A stretch of DNA of 64,000 nucleotides from Phoronis australis (lineage: Eukaryota > Animalia > Phoronida): assembly GCA_002633005.1 (NCBI GenBank), contig NMRA01000411.1:101266-165265 (forward strand). Direction: 5' to 3'. The translations under genes and the position numbers were made by a program. The notes under the pieces were generated by a model that was given only the letters and a program-made list of their open reading frames with translations, was not told where the DNA came from and did no database searches. How positions within the stretch are numbered: the stretch's first letter is position 1; each line of letters starts with the position of its first letter. Shown here one piece after another: positions 61,801 to 64,000 of this stretch.

Positions 61801-64000
61801 CTGTGTCCGAAGTTAAAGCACTGTGCTACATGCTTGCTATTAGACTGAGAGAAACTTTTATTTTTTAAATCATATAAAACATACATTGTTATATGATTAG
61901 ATGGCCAGCAAAGGCACAGGCTGCTAATAGCTGACCACCAAGTAACAATAAATTAAATAGATACCAACAATTAACAAATACTGATCGAGCAAGTTTCACA
62001 GGGCAAGACCAGTTGAGCATCACTGTCCATAAACTCAAATGAATTAGATTCCATACTAATAGTGTTACCTTGCACCTTACTCAAATTATACAGTTAATAT
62101 CTCATAAATTTTGGATAAAAACAAATGCCAAAATTGCCCTTTTCCCCATTTTTCATGGTCTTTTTAGCATTTTTCTGAATGGCTATGGTTTCTCTAAATA
62201 CTGTCTGTTGGTAGCAGATCCTGAACACGACACAGCATTAATTTGGTGAAACGTATTTTTTTAGAAAATTTGACAAAATAAAATGATCACTTGAATGTCT
62301 ACCATATCACGTCCTAAATTGGTTACATTTTACCATGAGACTTAAGACCAAACTCGATACGTTGGCATCATTTGGGAATAACTTTTTACTAACTCTGGTC
62401 CGTATTAAAATTAGTTTCGTAATTTTTATAATAAAAATGAATTGTAAAGATTCTCACCTCTTCTCTGTCTTGAATACCTGCAGTCTGAGCTGAAGTCCGT
62501 TCTGGGCCACCTTATTGGTGCAGCGTGCATCACAGTGACACCGTTCATTGCACTCGTAGATACTGGAAAACAAACAACATGCTCCCAAATCACAATGACA
62601 TAGCCTTAAGAAATCAATTTCCTTTTATACAACAACAAAACATTACAGAGTCATGACCCTTGGTCCCACTGCTTATCTATAATTCCCCCACTTACTCAGC
62701 TAAATCACATTTATTCAATTTCCACATATGTTAATTGTCATAACAACCTTAACTCACTCACACCCAACTTCAGGGTCCCAGACCCCTTAGCTCACCCGAA
62801 CTCTTCACATACCATGTCGTTACTCCTTCGTAGTCTCCTAACCAATATTAGTGTCACAGAGCATTATTCGGGTCACAGACCAATATCAGGGTCACAGACC
62901 AATATAAGGGTGACAGGCCCCTAGCCATTCACCTACCCGGTAATGACTTGCTCACTCAGTCTCCTGTGTACATATCCTATGGTAGGGTCCTTCTCCCCTT
63001 TGTTGGCCGCCATGAATGCCTCGTGGGTCAACTGCCAACATTCACACTTGGATTTATCCTAAAGGGAAGTGTAGACAAACATGTCAAATTTTGAAGCAAC
63101 ATTTTTGTTGTGGACCTATTGAAATCTCGTTTTCACTAAGAGTAGAAAACTTAGAGAAACCGAAACATAGTTTTCCGTACACTGAATGAACCAAGTCATC
63201 ACAAATCCTTAAGACACTTATTATCAGCCAAGACTGCATGCCAGCCACCATACAGAACAAGACAAGAAATCTATTAAAAAAGGTTTTCCCATTGTGACGG
63301 TAAATTCTGTTAACAGCAAAAATTACCGATAATAACTACTAGGGTGGAAAAATTCTAATTACAGAATCGCTTAATCACCTAACTAACTTTTCTGTCAATT
63401 CTCCTTTATTCTCGGTAATGAGGGGAGACTACTCTGACAGTCATCAGGGGAGACTACTCTCACGATTAATTTGGTTCCCCCCCAGCCATCGTGACAAGGA
63501 ATTTTGTATTATTTTGTCTGTATGCTTTTGGCTTGTACCGTACACCATGCCAAAATTCTAAAATGAACCACCGCACACTGCAGGAATGCTACAAGGGTTA
63601 CCGTTAGGGACGCTCAAATACACGTCTCAACAAAATAGTTACACCAGTTGTGAGTGTGAGATGTCCACATATTACTCTACACCATTCAGTCATGAGCTGT
63701 TACCAGATGACCTACCCTACAGCTATTACCAGATGACCTACCCTACAGCTGTTAGCAGACGACCTACCCTTTAACTGTTAGCAGACGACCTACCCTTTAA
63801 CTGTTAGCAGACGACCCACCCTTTAACTGTTAGCAGACGACCCACCCTTTAACTGTTAGCAGACGACCTACCCTTGAACTGTTAGCAGACAACCTACCCT
63901 ACAGCCATCCGTGCAACTGCAACACAACAGGAAGTCTTTGTCCAAGTTCAACTTGACGCCCTTGGCAGGCAGCCTCTGGTTGGAGTACTCTACATAGTCA
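48714..64000 (-). CDS. SETDB1: Histone-lysine N-methyltransferase SETDB1/eggless, 3' part (gene continues beyond the window)
   Basis: Exons in transcript order: 63898-64000, 62937-63058, 62458-62562, 61291-61384, 59945-60108, 58700-58768, 58410-58487, 56729-56946, 53156-53200, 52811-52855, 51814-51897, 50699-50811, 49129-49217, 48714-48831; all join in frame. Pre-SET cysteines, [19 protein letters not shown], long insert, [53 protein letters not shown]. Confidence 0.95.
49129..49217 (-). CDS. SETDB1: SETDB1 SET-C exon ([30 protein letters not shown])
   Basis: Diagnostic SETDB1 sequence; phase 0 to 2. Confidence 0.96.
49204..49960. repeat. Degenerate ~40-45-bp repeats related to the exon acceptor at 49217
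   Basis: gtgaacaNNNNNgctggaaat..aa.atgaacac motif recurs at about 49204, 49292, 49670, 49710, 49751 and 49919. Confidence 0.65.
50010..50320. mobile_element. Dispersed MITE-like repeat with an internal 25-bp tandem x4
   Basis: Short IR atttccctg/cagggaaat; ggtcatcaggggagactactctgac repeats; second copy at 63285-63545. Confidence 0.8.
50699..50811 (-). CDS. SETDB1: SETDB1 SET-C exon (...[27 protein letters not shown])
   Basis: DAK..GN.GRYLN motif; phase 1 to 0. Confidence 0.95.
51814..51897 (-). CDS. SETDB1: SETDB1 insert exon ([27 protein letters not shown])
   Basis: ttttttag acceptor, gtgagt donor; 84 nt, phase 1-1. Confidence 0.78.
51994..52300 (+). mobile_element. Penelope-like retroelement fragment (GIY-YIG endonuclease, decayed)
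   Basis: [26 protein letters not shown]...[19 protein letters not shown] matches the C-terminal GIY-YIG of Penelope-like elements; internal TGA, no RT. Confidence 0.85.
52681..52803 (+). mobile_element. 3' tail of a non-LTR retroelement (stem-loop, AATAAA, (TTA)n)
   Basis: catgct..ttagcc-ttt-ggctaa-agcatg stem, aataaa 52743-52748, about 17 TTA units. Confidence 0.6.
52811..52855 (-). CDS. SETDB1: SETDB1 insert micro-exon ([14 protein letters not shown])
   Basis: aatag acceptor, gtaacg donor; 45 nt, phase 1-1, acidic. Confidence 0.7.
53156..53200 (-). CDS. SETDB1: SETDB1 insert micro-exon ([14 protein letters not shown])
   Basis: ctgcag acceptor, gtaagt donor; 45 nt, phase 1-1. Confidence 0.7.
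54170..54330 (+). mobile_element. Degenerate SINE/LINE 3' end
   Basis: atgctcctggggagttgag core ending in a (TTA)-rich tail. Confidence 0.3.
56729..56946 (-). CDS. SETDB1: SETDB1 insert exon ([12 protein letters not shown]...[12 protein letters not shown]...GTLIS)
   Basis: ctacag acceptor, gtgagt donor, open frame, phase 2 to 1. Confidence 0.85.
57520..58335. repeat. 20-bp minisatellite (caagcttgaataatattgtc) interrupted by a transposon
   Basis: About 13 units at 57520-57792, resuming at 58304. Confidence 0.9.
57793..58303. mobile_element. Complete non-autonomous hAT-like DNA transposon, 511 bp
   Basis: Perfect 13-bp TIRs cagggcttggaat / attccaagccctg, subterminal gcggaaa repeats, ataata duplicated on both flanks, second copy at 33460-33845. 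Confidence 0.9.
58410..58487 (-). CDS. SETDB1: SETDB1 insert exon ([26 protein letters not shown])
   Basis: tttcag acceptor, gtacga donor; 78 nt, phase 2-2. Confidence 0.75.
58700..58768 (-). CDS. SETDB1: SETDB1 insert exon ([22 protein letters not shown])
   Basis: tttcag acceptor, gtagaa donor; 69 nt, phase 2-2. Confidence 0.75.
59395..59910. repeat. Degenerate ~43-bp tandem repeat
   Basis: atcaacagtcacaataactctcatgtgcgttgagcattcctat units, best preserved at 59522-59670. Confidence 0.85.
59945..60108 (-). CDS. SETDB1: SETDB1 exon ([29 protein letters not shown]...)
   Basis: GDEY.A.LD.IE.VE..KEGYE motif followed by the acidic start of the insert. Confidence 0.95.
60387..60528. repeat. 71-bp tandem duplication
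   Basis: agtctacactaaacaaagtgcag...aatctgc twice. Confidence 0.95.
61185..61317. repeat. 65-bp tandem duplication spanning an exon end and donor
   Basis: aagagaccaactcaacaaa...ggcttacctcattRgccccttgctctgtgag twice. Confidence 0.95.
61291..61384 (-). CDS. SETDB1: SETDB1 SET-N exon ([31 protein letters not shown])
   Basis: GWG and YAG SET motifs; phase 2 to 0. Confidence 0.95.
62458..62562 (-). CDS. SETDB1: SETDB1 exon ([35 protein letters not shown])
   Basis: End of pre-SET and start of SET; phase 2-2. Confidence 0.95.
62937..63058 (-). CDS. SETDB1: SETDB1 pre-SET exon ([11 protein letters not shown]...[14 protein letters not shown])
   Basis: Matches the SETDB1 DKSKC.C.QLT...GY...RL motif; phase 0 to 2. 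Confidence 0.94.
63285..63545. mobile_element. Second copy of the 50010-50320 repeat (internal 25-bp unit x2)
   Basis: Colinear similarity in the same orientation. Confidence 0.8.
63695..63905. repeat. 26-bp minisatellite x8 containing the splice donor
   Basis: ccYaccc at 63711, 63737, 63763, 63789, 63815, 63841, 63867 and 63893. Confidence 0.95.
63898..64000 (-). CDS. SETDB1: SETDB1 pre-SET exon, truncated by window edge (DYVEYSNQR...CCSCTDGCR)
   Basis: CxCxDGC pre-SET motif; AGG|gtaggt donor. Confidence 0.92.

Overview
AT-rich, intron-rich animal genomic DNA. Protein motifs and repeat types suggest a marine invertebrate, possibly a deuterostome, but the taxon cannot be fixed from sequence alone. 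Two minus-strand genes lie head-to-tail. (1) A homeodomain-interacting protein kinase (HIPK) has 14 phase-consistent GT-AG coding exons (29302 down to 4907, about 1188 aa from the first in-frame ATG), a long putative 3' UTR and two candidate promoters/first exons near 41.0-41.6 kb and 43.5-43.9 kb. (2) The 3' part of a SETDB1/eggless H3K9 methyltransferase has 14 exons in the window (64000 down to 48714: pre-SET, bifurcated SET, post-SET). Introns carry MITEs, a Penelope GIY-YIG fragment, SINE/LINE remnants and many minisatellites. Almost all other short ORFs in the track are spurious, and one has the wrong strand label. I see no clearly novel protein system. The best leads are repeated tandem duplication of splice sites (an 8-fold donor array, a 65-bp donor duplication, acceptor-derived repeats), a MITE carrying an 8-fold CLEAR/M-box array, strand-polarised RNA hairpins, a circHIPK-type exon 2 and a CAGGG-terminated element with a 6-bp TSD. 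Exon coordinates were read by hand and may be off by a base or two.
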